From NCBI RefSeq assembly GCF_004010195.1, contig NC_057753.1, positions 7,004,273 to 7,068,272 on the forward strand: a stretch of DNA of 64,000 nucleotides, read 5' to 3'. Under the pieces are notes generated by a model that was not told where the DNA came from, did no database searches, and saw only the letters and a list, made by a program, of their open reading frames with translations. The translations under genes and the position numbers were made by a program. Of the stretch, positions 49,749-63,329 are shown one piece after another; the first letter of the stretch is position 1; each line of letters starts with the position of its first letter. Source of the stretch: Chiloscyllium plagiosum. Its lineage: Eukaryota.

Positions 49749-51229
49749 TTTCAAAGTACAACAATGTAGCAGAGTTTTCATTTCATTAATTTCTAATACA
49801 ATAGATTTTTATTAGACTCTGGTGATGTCCATACAAAAAAAAAAGTTTTTAGCTTACATTAATTAGTTTTGATTTGGGACTACCTATTCTGCATTTTTTT
49901 CTATTCTTCATAATTTATTTTTATGTTGTTACAAGTAGTATATTAATTCAAAGGGAACAATTTTCAACTTTGTGAATCAGTATTTTAAAAAAGTACAATG
50001 ACGGTGGAAGTGATGTCTCACCTATGAATTAATATCAATGGAATCTGAGCACATACCAGGATCCAATGTGACTTTTGTTTTTTAAGTTTAGGCTGGAAAA
50101 CTGTCTTGCTTCACAATTCAGCTAGTGTGTGTGTGTGTGCGTGTGGTTTGGAGACAACGTCTTAACCCTTATTCTCCACAGAAAGTCAAAAACCTGACTT
50201 TCACACAGATGAGAGTGTTTTGCTGGAAAAGGCACTGCCGGTCAGGTAGCATCCGCGGAGTGTGAACCTGATGAAGGGCTCAGGCCCGAAATGGCGAGTT
50301 TCCTGCTCCTGGGATGCTGCCTGACCTGCTGTGCTTTTGCAGCAACACACTCTCAACTCTGATCTCAGCATCTGCAGACCTCACTGTCTCCCTGACTTTC
50401 ACACAGCGTCATTCACCGAAACCACTTCGAGCAGCCAACCATCAGATGAGAAATAAATTGCTATAGACTGCAGGTGGTCAGTCAGAAACACAGGAAACAA
50501 AAAGTGAGAAAACAGCTGAAGAATGTGGTAAAATCTCTCTTGAGGCAAATCTGAAGACTTGACAAAAATGCGAACGGAAATACATGTTTTATCAAACGAC
50601 TCCTTGATGATTAATCTTAGTTTCACCTCTTTTACTGTCATTCTTACTTATTGAAAACTTAAAAGAAAAGAGTCAACGTTGTGCTTTGTGTGCACATTTC
50701 TTTGATTTCCTATTGGATATTTCCTATGGGTGACTGTATGTTATTAATGTTTCCTTTTAAATTGTACAGATAGCATATCCTTTTTAAGGTACCATTTTCA
50801 GTCTCAAGAGTCAAAGCTTAAAAAAGCAATGGGCTTCAGGAGTAAAACCTGACTAATAATGAATAGAATTCACCACAGAGACTAAAATCGAGTGCACCAG
50901 TTTAATGTCATAACAAAAACAATCAAAGCTTTTACTGTGACAAACGTGGATACATTGCAAAACATTTACTTGAATATGAGACATGATCATCCCCCAAAAT
51001 GACTTTGAAACCTCATGCTGAGTAAATTCTAAGAAACGAAATTCGAAAGAAAGGTATTTTCTTGCTATCCTGGTTATTGGGCGGTACTAAGTAAAGCATT
51101 GTTTATTGACTAGATGGAACATGCAATATTTTTTAATTAGTTGATAGCGCAAACAGGCATGATGCCTCAACACTCAGTGATATGTTAATTAATGAATCGT
51201 ACATTTATTTCAACATTGAAAATACGAAC

Positions 51230-53470
51230 ACGTTTAGAAGAAGGATTGTGAACAAGCGAACAATACCCCCCAAACGTGAGTTGAAACCTCAGCGCCAGGG
51301 TCACGGACGTCTCAGATCGAGCTGACAGGACTCTTAAGGGGAAATGTGAGCAGCCAAAAGTCGTGGTACACATCGGTGAGAACCACATAGATAGAAAAGG
51401 ATGCGGACTTGAAAAGTGAATATAGGCAGTTGGTTTAGAAGCTAACCTGCCGGACAATCAGAGTAGTGCTGTCAGGATTGCTACTTAAACCACGGGCGTG
51501 AGGCTCGGAAAAGAATGTGTGTGCAGTTGAACACGTGGCTGCAAAGCTGGTGTTGGAGGGAGGGTTTCATATATGTTCATCATTGCGATAAATTCAGGGG
51601 AAGGTATGATCTGTACAAGAAGGACGTGCTGCACCTGAACCGGAGGGGCATCAGTATCTTTGGCTGGACGTTTGCAATAGCTCTTCATTCAGGAAGGTAT
51701 AAACTCGTTTGGCAGTGAGATGGGAACCGGAGCCACGTATGAGTGGTTCGGGGTAGCTGGTGATCAGGCAGATACAGCGAGAACAGAGTCTGTGACGAAG
51801 GATAAAAACTTCATTGGTCAACGTTGCAGTCAGTGTTTTTGATTGAAGTGCATCTATTTTAACACAAAAGAGTGAGGATTATGGATGATGAATTTAGAGC
51901 ATAGGATTATGAATGAGTCTTGGATGTTCTGAGATTTACATCTTTCAAAATTAATAGGGAGGGAGGTAAAAGAGGTGCTGGAGTGGAATTGCTAATCGGA
52001 GATGATATCACAGCTGTAGAAAAGGACGTCTTCGACGAGAGTTTGCTTATTGAGTCAGTATAAGTGAAATACAGAAACAGGGAAGGAACACTCAATTTGT
52101 TGGGACTTGTCCACAGATCCCCAATACCAACAGAGACATGGAGGAGCAGATTGGATGGCAGATTATGGAAACGTGCAAAAGTAACAGGGTTGTTGTAATG
52201 GGTGACGTCAACTTCCTTAATATTGGTTGGCACCTCCTTAGGGAAAATAATTTGGATGGAACAAATTCTGTCAGGTGTGTCTGTGAAGGATTCCTCACTC
52301 ATTGTGGAGATGGACCGATTAGAGGGGAGGCCATTTTAGATTTGGTGCTTGGCAAAGAGTCAGGTCAGGTGGAAGATCTCTGAGTTGGAGAACATTTCAG
52401 AAATAGTGATCACAACTCTTTGATCATTATAATAGTCATGGTGTGAGATAGAAGCAGACATCATGGAAAAGCATTTAATTGGGGAAGGGGGAATTACAGT
52501 GCTGTTATTTCAGGAACTTTAGGAAACAAATGTTCAAGGGAACCTCTTTGTTATTTTCTTTAATGACTGGGATCAGGAAGGGGAAGGATTGATTTGTAAG
52601 TTTGCCGGTTAAACGAAGGATGGTGAAGTTATGGATAGTGTGGAAGCTGTTGTGATTTATCAAAGGGGCATTGAAAGAATGCAGACGCTGTCAGATTAAT
52701 GGCAGAATCAATTCAAACTGGAAAAGAGAGAAGTGATTCATTTTGAAAGTTCGGATTTGAATGCATATTACAGGTTTGAAGGCAAGTTTTGACAGTGCTG
52801 GGGAACAGAGGGATCTTGAGGTTCATGTACTTGGATCTCTCAAAGTTGCCACTCAAGTTGATAGGGTTCTTAAAAAGGTGAACGTTTTGGTGTTTTCCAG
52901 TCACAGGGTACTATTTTTAAGAGCGACGAGGTTATGCTGCAGCTCTATGTAACCCTAAATATGTAATACCTGGAATATTGTGTTCATTTCTGGTCGCCTC
53001 ATGGTAGGAAGGAAATGCAAGCTTAAGACATGGTGCAGAGGTGATTTACTGAAATGCTGCGTGGACTGGAGAGCATGTCATATAAAGATAGGTTAGGGAA
53101 CGAGGGTTTTGTTTCCCATTTGGAGTGAAGAAAGATGAGAGATGTCTTGATGGAGGTGCACAAGATGATGAGAGGCATAAACAAAGTGGTAGCCCAAGAG
53201 AGTATCCCAGGCCAGAAATAGATACCACGAGTGTGCATAATATATTGATTGGAGAAAGGTTTTTGGCGAGATGGCAGAGGTAGGTTCTGCTTACACAGAA
53301 AGGTCTGTGGAATGATCTGCCAGCAGTCGTAATGGAGTCAGATGCATTTAGGATATTTAAGTTACTCTTTTGTAGTAAAATGAAGGGTATGTCAATCAGT
53401 TTGATTGTACACTAAGATGAAAGCTCGGCTCAACGTGGAGGGTCAAAGGGCCTGTACTCTGCAGTGCTGT
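51230..53470 (+). mobile_element. Old CR1 LINE relic (paralog of 40250-41729)
   Basis: Remnants LNTWLQSWCWREGF...DLYKKDVLHLN, RVVVMGDVNF and EAILDLVLG; 3' tail gagggtcaaagggcctgtact. Confidence 0.8.
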
Positions 53471-54859
53471 TCTATAATGTCTTTCCTGTGTTTATGGGAC
53501 GTTCAGACCATCAAGTCTGCTCCACATTCAAAATGTTTATTGCTGACCATCAATCCCACAAAACTTTATCCGCTTGCTACCTGGACCATTTGTGACCTGG
53601 CTCCCTCAGAAATACGCAGAACTACGTTTTCAAACATTTACTTTTTACGTCTTGTCCATTCTCTGCAACATTAAATCATCAGGCTCACCATTCTCCGAAT
53701 GAAACACGTCATGATCAATCATATCCTAAATGACTTCGTTCATGCTCTTGGAAAGTCATTCATGGTTACACTTCACAATTACATTGTGGGAAAGCTATTT
53801 TAGCTTATTTTACTCTCACTCATGAAAACAATTTTTTCTGCTCTCAGTCCGAATATCTAATTATTTGTTCAATGTGAGCATGTTTGTGCCACTGCCTAAA
53901 ACTGAAACTGTGGTGCACGTTGTTCTTCACATGCTTCTTGTTAAACACAAAAATGCGCTGTTTGGGTTTTGCTTCAGGGAATGGATAGATACAGCTGATT
54001 ATTGACCCTTTACACAAGCAGATACAAAGAATAGCAGACGTTTGTTCTCAGTGGAGCCAACACCGAGCGACTCCCAGTGAGTGATCTCCAACGGACCTTA
54101 TCACAACATTGCGTGCATATATTCCACTCTTTTAAATATAAATCTGATGCTGTCTCTATGCCTCACGATGAACCTGATGTTTCGGATGTCTTGGCTTGCT
54201 GCATCCTTCCTCTATGGCTCACAAACAAATTCTTTTAATGTACTTAGGCACACGTTGTCACAATAAACTAATTAAGACAATTGAATTTTATCTGTTGGAA
54301 CGTTTAAAACAGTCTTGAAAAATTCAGAACGTACGAAGTAAGATTTGAAACTGGCAGCTCACTCTGATTTTGGATGCATCAAACACTGTACTTACTGAAG
54401 TCTTAGCTCTCTCATCTTTTCTTCTTTGAAAATAATTTTCTCCATCAAATAAATCGACCAATTGAAAGTTGAGGTGCACTTTAATTGACTGGACCATTAA
54501 ACAATAATTTTGCTTTGAATTGAATGGGGAAGATTTTGTGAAGATGATGAACGAAATTATGAATATTGGGTGCCAGTGTCAACTAAAAAGTAAACAAAAT
54601 TCTCATATGCCTACTGTGCAAAATACTATTTCATTTCACAGTGATCTAGACAGTGATTATCTTTGCTACATTCTAGCATTTGAAAGAAAATGGGAAGAAA
54701 TATGAAAAAACACAGGGGTCTCGATGCACATTGAACTAGAGTCAACAATTTGACTGTTGCCCCATGTATGCTGTTATCAGTTTATTTCCAGTAAATGAAG
54801 AGATTTCTGTCTTTGAAAAACAATTTTTAAAAAATCCTTCACATGAAGATGGTGAATGT

Positions 54860-55430
54860 GACATAGATCATAAATTTTATGAATAATTTGCGACAAGGGT
54901 TTCTGAGAGACGGATTGACATACATTTGGAGAAGCAATGACGAATTAGGAACAGTCAACATAGGTTTGTTCATGGAAAATCGTGTCTCAGAAATTTGATT
55001 TTTTGACACGATGAACATAAAGATACATGAAGGCAGGGTTGGCTATTTAGCAAAGTGAGTCGATATCGAAATCAGGGAGAGCTTGACAATTGAATGGAAC
55101 TTCGGTTTGACGGTAGGAGACAGATTTGGGTAAGCGAGAATTGTTTCTCAGATTGATGGCCAGTGGTCAGGTGTGGGGATGGGTGGTGCTTGTCTTTGGT
55201 AAAAACGATTGTGATGCGAATTTAGGAGTCATGGTTAATCAATTAGGGGAATGACACCAAAATTGTTCGTATATTTGACAAAGAAGAAGATTATCTAAGA
55301 ACACAAAGGAATCTTGATCAATTAAGCCAGTTAGCTGAGGGGTGGCAATTGGAGTTTAATTTAGATAAAGATGCTTTCGTTCGTTCTGGCAACAGAAGGA
55401 ATGACAGGATTTACACAGTTAATGTTCAGG
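54860..55430 (+). mobile_element. Highly degenerate CR1 RT fragment
   Basis: Remnants SQHRFVHGKSCLRNL, DDTKIV and W..EFNLDK. Confidence 0.6.
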
Positions 55431-55479
55431 CCTTCCCGTTGCTACATTAGAATTTTTCTTTTGCCCTATTTCTGTCCCT

Positions 55480-56530
55480 TACGGATTGACATTGGTATTG
55501 GAAGCCAAATTTAATTATTCAACCAACTCGCCATTTCGTCAGCTAACCTTACCGTTTTAACTTTCCACTCTTCCACATGATTTCCCATGACTTCAGGAAG
55601 TGATTTTTTTGAACCCCAACGAATTAATCTTGTCTCTAAAAGTGTCATAGTTTTGCTGTATCTTTAATGCCCATATCCACCTATAAAAATTACTTTGTTC
55701 TATCCTTTAAATCTCAATGTAGGTTTGACGATTGTCCCTCCGTAGGCTACTGAAATGCTGCCTGTAGATTTCTGGCAAAAGCTTATTTGAACCTAAAATG
55801 GCTGTCTTCACTTCCTCATATGGCCCAAATACCTCCTCTGATAAGTGATGCAAATAACTCACTAGCTCAAATCGACAAGTTTGGTTGGATCACCAAATTC
55901 CACATGGACTCTGACCACTTCAGTTGATTAACCACCTTGTCAAATGAGATAGATAAAGACTTCTACATCCTTCTAGTCGAATGTAGACCATGGTTGAATA
56001 CATTTGAACAAATTCCGAACAGGCCTTTGGTTGCCAATGGTTTGCTCATCCACCTCTCTTCGTCACTAAGCTTAACTTCAACCTTCATCACCATCCTTTT
56101 AAGCTGACTTTCCTGCCTAAGTGTCAATTTTTGAAGTTAAAACCCTCCTTCCCTCTCTTTCCTTTCCCTCCTGTACTTTGCTGTTTTATTCTGCAAGGAC
56201 ATTTCGTTCTTTTTTTCTGCTAACTCATCTCTTAATCGTGATTCATACAGTTTCAAGTCTTTTTTCTCTTTCCTTTTCTCTTGCCTCTATCTCAAGCTGC
56301 TTCATTTTCATTTCAATTTTTCACTAAATCTAAAGCTTCCGCTGGCGTTTCCAGCATATTGAAATGCGGAGTGATTGTTTTAATTATCTTTTCCTTCCTC
56401 ATGGAATGAGGCAGCTTCAACTCCAGCTAGACTGCCAATTCCAGCAGCTTCTCCTTGATCGCCTTTTGGAAAGATCACAAAGTCAGTTTTTTCACCACCA
56501 GAAAACTCTTGTTGAGTGATGAGGCCATTA
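55480..56530 (-). mobile_element. Gmr1-like gag (SCAN-like) relic on the minus strand
   Basis: The reverse complement gives KDVEVF, YEEVKTAIL, LLPEIYRQHF, QTYIE and HVEEWKVKTVRLADEMA, matching the + strand gag relic at ~58370-58840. Confidence 0.65.
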
Positions 56531-56654
56531 CTACATCAAGCACTGCTTAAAACAAACGAGTTGAACGCCCAGCCCAAAAAAAACTAACAGCGACCACTCG
56601 CCAAACTCGAGTCTTCCAACCGTTATCCCAAATCAAAATCTTAATGAAAATCCG

Positions 56655-57247
56655 GTGACGACACACCAGTCTACATGAAGCAGCCGGACCCTCTCACAAC
56701 AATTCAAAAAAGTAGCCCAGATCCAAATAGTTCTAGTTTTTTTAAGCAGTTGTGTAGTGGATATTCTAGGGCTGACGCATCTAGTCCAAACACTCAGTTT
56801 TAAACAAATCAGAATATTATTTACGCCCAAACAAAAGAAAACCAAATTTAGAATTGCATAACTATTTGAAATCTCAATCAACTCTATCACAACTTAATGA
56901 TGTTGTTCCAAATTCCTGAAACGTCCCACAAATTTCGCAAAAAGGGAATTTCAGACTCAGGTTCTTGCAGGAGAGATGTCAGAAGGAGAAGGGATCGGCA
57001 TGAAAGTGCTTCATTGAGTCCACAACAGCTTTCTGATTTCCCACCTAAAGCTGGAAGAGGACTTTTTAAAAAATCAGCTTGCCCACACCAACCTTATCCA
57101 TGCTCTGAACTTTGAGAACTCGCCACTCCGTTCTCATTGTACAAGTGTTTAAATACAAATTGAACGATTTTTCAAGCAAACATATCCATTCTGAAATTAA
57201 AAAAAACGTGGACAGAATGGCCTTGTAAAGGAAGCAGCATCGTTACA
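56655..57247 (-). mobile_element. Putative LTR of the minus-strand element
   Basis: On the minus strand it begins TGTAACGA and ends TCGTCA, sits just upstream of the gag relic, and is homologous to the solo-LTR-like segments. Confidence 0.5.
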
Positions 57248-57544
57248 AGAGCTATCTGAATTTTTCAAGTTCAACACTGACTTGTCAGGTGGAGTGAAGG
57301 GATAAAGGAGTTAAAATCAGACCTGATGTCAAGTCTAAAATTTTACGTATCCATTTCTTTTTAACACAATTCTCATTATGGATAGTTACATATGGCTCTA
57401 AGACTTAGAGTGCTGCATGCGTGTTGGAACTTATCCAATGTCATTTGGTGACGACATTCCCTGTGGTTATGCCATTTCCCGGGTGACATCATATTCTGTG
57501 GTGATGTTATTTCCCATGGCTGTGTCATTTCCTGCTCTTCTTCT

Positions 57545-57810
57545 CAGGGCGTGGTAAGTATGATCCAAGTCAATGTGTTTGTTGGTAGAGTTCTGGTTCG
57601 AATGTCATGCCTCCAGGACTTCTCGTGCGTGTCTCTGTTGGGCTTGTCCTTGGATGGATGCATTGTGCCAATCATAGTGATACCCGTCGTCATGTATATG
57701 TAATGATAATAGTGAGAGTCGTCGTGTCTTTTTGTGGCAAGTTGATGTTCATGTGTCCTCGTGTCTGGTTTTCTGCCTGTTTGTCCAATGTAGTGTTTAG
57801 TATAGTTCTT
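57545..57810 (-). mobile_element. Penelope-like GIY-YIG endonuclease fragment
   Basis: Minus-strand KHYIGQTGRKPDTRTHEHQLATKRHD, then HYDWHNASIQGQAQQRHAREVLEA*HSNQNSTNKHIDLD. Confidence 0.85.
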
Positions 57811-57879
57811 TCAAGATATTTAAAAATAAAGAAATGCCTTGAAAGGCCCTATACAGAAAGCAAGTAAAAGTAACATCCT

Positions 57880-60180
57880 TTACAAAATAGAGGGGTGACT
57901 AAACGTCTGAAAACAAACCTTACATCTCAGCAAGCAAACTTACATCCAGAAGATAGTTTGGGGTTTAACCACGGACAAACGTAAAGCTGAAATTGTCAGG
58001 GAAATATTTAGGTGTTTCAGAGAAATAGACATTTGCAGTAGAGGAAGCGAAACATAAATTTTAATTGAGGAAAATGGAATGAGAAGATAAACAGAGAGAG
58101 AGGAAAAAGAGAGAGAAAAGCGACAGAGAGAAGGTTCTTCGCTGAGCAAAGAGAGAGATTAGAAAGGGAGAAAGAAAGAGAGTGAGAAGAAAGAGAGACA
58201 GAAAGGGAGAGAGTAGAAAGAAAGAGAGATACAGAGAGAGAAGTAATGGAAAGACAAAACGAACGAGAATTTAAAACTTCAGAAGTTTCGATATGGTCAG
58301 CAAAGTCAAGTTAACAGGATGGAGGCTGAAAAAGTCGGTAGTGATATGTACAATATGTCAGTGCTCTGCCACATTTTGATGAGGAAGATGTTGAAGCTTT
58401 CTTTCTTTTTCATTTGAAACTTTGGGGAGGGAGATGGAACAGTCCGAGGATTTGTGGCTCATGGTAATTCATATACAACTGGCTGGCAGAGCTATTGAGG
58501 TATTTGTCGCACTCTCACATAAGGTGTCAAGTGACTATGAAGAGGTTAAAAAGACCATCTTAAGTGCTGATCAATTGGCACAATAAGCATACAGACATCA
58601 GTTCAGAATCACAATGAAGGAAACAGACCAGACTAACTTTGAGTTCTAAAGAATTAAACATGGTCATTTTGCTCGGTGAGTGCGTGCTTTAAAAAAATCG
58701 AGACTACCGAGTCTCTATGAGAGATCTTTTCTCCGGTTGAGTTTAAAAACTCACTTTCAGAGCTGGTAAGAATTCACGTGGAGGAGCAGAAAGTTCAGTA
58801 AGTGAGAAGGGCAGCAGAATTAGCAGATGAATACATGTTGCTTCTTAAAACAAGTTTCCGAACTCAATTTCAACCTGTGAGAGATAGAAGTTGGGAGAAG
58901 GGAGATCCTAAACTACTTAACAAAGAGTGGAGAGCACTGGTAAGACTTTAGCACAGATTTTATAAAAATGCCCAAGAGGGGCAAAACAGGAGAAATACCT
59001 CAGACGTTTCCACTGTGGTAAAGTGGGACATGTAAAGTCACCGTGCTAGTCAGTAAAGAAAGGAGCTGTGGAAACAAAGGATGTGGTAAGTGATGCTAAG
59101 CTAGTGGCATTAGTGAAGGTACTAAAATAACCCCAAGAAGAACCGAGGAGCTGCGGGAGAGTGCACAGCCTAGGCAGGGGCTTGGTATGGAGTTAGTAAC
59201 TTATCTAGAAAAAGAGTTCGATTCTGTGGCTAAAGTTGACTCAGAAAGAACGGGTGAGAAATACAGAAAATTATAACGTTCAGAGATGCAGGATCTCACC
59301 AGTCACTGATCTTGAGAGATGAGCAAATATGCATTCTTTCTGATCTATTAGCCGTGGATGTGGTGATTTATGGGATAGATGGACAGAAATTTAGCTATGC
59401 CCTATGTTAGATCCAGTTGGAGTTCCAACTTAAGACTGAGGAAGTTACAGTGGGAGTGATTGACAGAGTGTCAATTCCAGGTATTCAGTTTGTTCTTGGG
59501 AATGATGTGGCAGGATCCGAGGTGGGAGTGACACCCCTTGTTGTGGAGAAGCCCAAGGAAGACCAAGAAATGGAGGTGTTAAAACAGAAATATCCTGGTA
59601 ACTTCTCAGACTGTGCAGTAACTAGATCTCACTATCATAAGTAACACCACGAAGAGAGAAGTAAAGTGAAAGATTACGGAGTTGAAGCTTCGTTAGCAGA
59701 CACCCTGCCTGACGTAATGGTGCAGGAAAACCTGAACAGGCAGAGAGTCAGGATGGGGTGTTTAGTCTTCGAAGGCTAAGAGACTTGCAGTAGCAAGACA
59801 AGACGATGAAAATTTTTATATGTGCATGCGTCAAACAAAAAGAGGTAAAACATTTTTCTGGAAGGTTAAAATCTGGAAGATAGAATCCGAAGGCAGAAAC
59901 TGAGATCATGGCTGATTAGTGTAGATGGGAAATCGGCTGAAGTGCACCAGATGGTGTTGCTGGGAGCACACAGACTGGAGATTTTACAGGTAGCACATGA
60001 ACGACCCATCGGAGGTCACCTAAGGGCAATAAAGGCACAGACGAAGCTACTTTTCCTTTCATTGGCCTGGAATGCACAAAAACGTGTTAATACGTGTGAT
60101 ACATGCTACAGGTGGTAATAAAACCAGCACCTTTGTTGCCAATTCACACATTTGAAGATCATTTGACGCGGGTTGTAAAC
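57880..60180 (+). mobile_element. Gmr1-like LTR-retrotransposon relic: gag - protease - integrase, no RT in between
   Basis: FDEEDVEAF, HVEEQKV..RRAAELADEY, knuckle RFHCGKVGHVKSPC (~59005-59046), RDAGSHQSLI (59282-59311), IQFVLGNDVAG, then VAHERPIGGHL, HWPGMHKNV, CDTC and PAPLLPI..FED.LTRV. Confidence 0.82.
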
Positions 60181-61045
60181 GACTATCCCTTGCTGAGTTC
60201 TAACACTGATTTCAGTTTTTATTTAACGCTATTATTCCGGCTCTGTTGCATGACGCTGATTTCATCCCTGTCCCAGTCTATTAGGTCATGGGAACCAATC
60301 TCTTGCCATCATAGCTGCTTTCCTCAACTGTATCGGGATACTACGGTTTTATTCGTTAGCTTTGGTGTTTACTGCGTTTTAATATCTGTTTTTACTAATA
60401 AATCATTCATTCAAACAATTTATTTAATAGTTTGGTATATGCGCAGTCATTTTTGCAAACGTTTTGGCCAATGCTGATAGAAGGTAGTACGCTTATGTTG
60501 TTCAACGTTTGCATTAATATTCTTCTGTAACAGAGCAAAAACAAAAATCCACAGAAAAGATTTGGCACGTCTGGTGGCATCGCATCTCTAGAGACAGAAA
60601 CACAGGCAAGTGTCATTGGATTAGGAATGTTAATGCCATTTGTCTCTCTCTGTACCATCTCATCAGACCTGATGAGTTTCTCCAACACTATATTTGTTTT
60701 GAATACTGCAGATCTCCAGCGTCCAGAGCTTTGTTTTATTTCACGTTTGATGAGTTTACTTATAGTCAGTCTTGGTATAGGTTTCAAGAGAAAATCAGAA
60801 ATCAATTTACAAATACGTAATCCAGAACTAAATTTCAATCAGTAATTTCTGTTTTTCTTTAAGTCTTCAAAATGGCAAATTAGTTTACTGCAGAGGAAAT
60901 AACCATAAACCCTTTTAAACTGCATTAAATATTGAAGGACTAACTACAAGTTTTGCGTTAAATCTCGATCTATGCTTTCCTGGATCAATTGGCAAGTGGT
61001 AAGTAATTGAGCAAATGCAATATTTTTGGCTAGACAATGGGATCA

Positions 61046-61267
61046 TAGAATCACAGAGTCACGACAGTGTGAAAACAGACCCTTTGGCCGAACAGGTCCA
61101 CACCAACCCTCCGAAAGATAGCCCCCTGAGACCTATTCCCCTAATGCTATATTTACTCTAAACTACATATCCCGGAAAATAACGGGAAATTGAGCATGGC
61201 TGGAATCAAACCTGGGTCACTGACGTTTTCAGGCAGCAGCACGCCCCACTGAGCCACTGTGCCGCCC
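61046..61267 (-). mobile_element. Internally deleted HE1-like SINE
   Basis: The reverse complement starts gggcggcacagtggctcagtgg and ends with the CR1-derived tail ggccaaagggtctgttttcacactgt. Confidence 0.7.
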
Positions 61268-62133
61268 TACAGAATGTCGGATTCTGTTCAAAATGCTGAC
61301 CCAAAGTGAGGAAAGCATAAAGCAGGGTAATTTCATCCATATCTCTCGAATGTCCGACATGAAGAGATTCCTGGAAAATTGTCTGTGATGTCCCGTGAGG
61401 TCCATCTCAATGACCACATCTTCTCGCAACATTGTTATTAAAATGGTGTTATGGTCCAAGCCAGACCACGATAAAAAAAAAAGATGCTGGACCCTAATCT
61501 TTTCTTATTTCAAAACACATGTGAAGTGCATACTCCAGTTTTAATGCAGCTGGTCATAACTCTCGGCTTTGAACAAAGCAGAATTTATTTAAACACTACA
61601 GTTGAAAAGCGAACAAAAGAAAGCAGAATTTAGAATATCTTTATTAAACTTTCTGAAAAACCGAAGACTTGATATAGCAACTTAACTATGGATCTGTTCG
61701 AATTCTCACAACACCCACACGCACACCCCTTGGAAAAAGTTAAATTCAAATACAGGTTCTGAAAGGTAAGAGAGATTTCAGGCAGAAAGATTAGTCAGGG
61801 AGCATTTGCTGAAGCATGGGAACTTTTACATTGTAGCAGTTTCCGTGTCTAATATCAGCGGCTTTGAAGCTACAACTAAAACAAAACTACACAAAATCAT
61901 AATTGGGAGAACTAGCCACTCCCCTGCCTTTGTTAAACTTGGCTCTTTCCGAGACATTTAGGCACATCTGCCTTTATGCCCTCTCATTAAATAAAAACTC
62001 CAACGACAAAATAGCCTTATTAAAGTAACAGCATCATCCCAATTAGAAATCACGTTTGTTTTAATTAGTGACAAAGCCTATGGAATTATACTTGTTAAAT
62101 AGTACATTAGCGGCACAAATTAGCCGATTCATA

Positions 62134-63329
62134 GAACATAGAACATAGAACAGTACAGCACAGAACAGGCCCTTCAGCCCACGATGTTGTGCCGACCACT
62201 GATCCTCATGTATACACCCTCAAATTTCTGTGACCATATGCATGTCCAGTAGTCTCTTAAATGTCCCCAATTACCGTGCTTCCACAAATGCTGCTGGCAA
62301 GACATTCCATGCTCTCACAACTCTCTGTGTAAAGAACTCGCCTCTGACATCCCCTCTATACTTTCCTCCAACCAGCTTAAAACTATGACCCATCTTTTAG
62401 TCATTTCTGCCCTGGGAAATAGTCTCTGGCTATTGACTCCATCTATGCCTCTCATTATCTTGTATACCTCAATTGGGTCCCCTCTCCTCCTCCTTTTCTC
62501 CAATGAAAAACGTCCGAGCTCAGTCAACCTAGCTTCATACGATAAGCCCTCCAGTCCAGACAGCATCCTCTGAACCCTTTCCAAAGCATCCACATCTTTC
62601 CGATAATCGGGTGACCAGAACTGGATGCAGTATTCCAAGTGCGGTCTAACCAAAGTTTTATAGAGCTGCAACAAGATCTCACGACTCTTAAACTCAATAC
62701 CCCTGTTAATGAAAGCCAAAACACCATATGCTTTCTTAACAACCCTGTCCACTTGGGTGTCCATTTTAAGGGATAAATGTACCTGCACACCAAGATCCCT
62801 CTGTTCCTCCACACTGCCAATAATCCTATCCTTAATCCTGTACTCAGCTTTCAAATTCGACCTTCCAAAATGCATCACCTCGCATTTATCCAGGTTAAAC
62901 TCCGTCTGCCATCTCTCAGCCCATCTCTGCATCCTGTCAATATCCCGCTGCAGCCTACAACAGCCCTCTATACTGTCAATGACACCTCCAACCTTTGTGT
63001 CGTCTGCAAACTTGCTGAACCATCCTTCAATCCCTTCATCCATGTCATTAATATAAATTACAAACAGAAGAGGCCCAAGGACAGAGCCCTGTGTAACACC
63101 ACTCACCACAGACTTCCAGGCAGAATATTTTCCTTCTACTACCACTCGCTGTCTTCTGTTGGCCAGCCAATTCTGTATCCAGACAGCTAAGTTCCCTTGT
63201 ATCCCATTCCTCCTGACCATCTGAATGAGCCTACCATGGGGAACCTTATCAAATGCCTTGCTGAAGTCCATATACACCACATCCACAGCTCGACCCTCAT
63301 AAACTTTTCTAGTCACATCCTCAAAGAAC
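62134..63329 (-). mobile_element. Young 5'-truncated CR1 LINE
   Basis: 333-aa ORF at 62315-63316 with YMDFSKAFDKV, SGVTQGSVLGP, FADD and LVRPHLEYC; (TATGTTC)n tail. The empty site atacatattcagc is present in units 1-3. Confidence 0.95.

Larger units (their letters stand above)
42021..53470 (+). repeat. Segmental duplication unit 3 (contains GPCR gene 3)
   Basis: Starts within the solo-LTR relic (cacctctg...aagaaacccaagggtaaa, as at 13514) and is collinear with units 1 and 2. Confidence 0.9.

Noticed and set aside
62315..63316. Host protein-coding gene (also 6103-7041)
   Set aside because: 5'-truncated CR1 reverse-transcriptase fragments with LINE tails.
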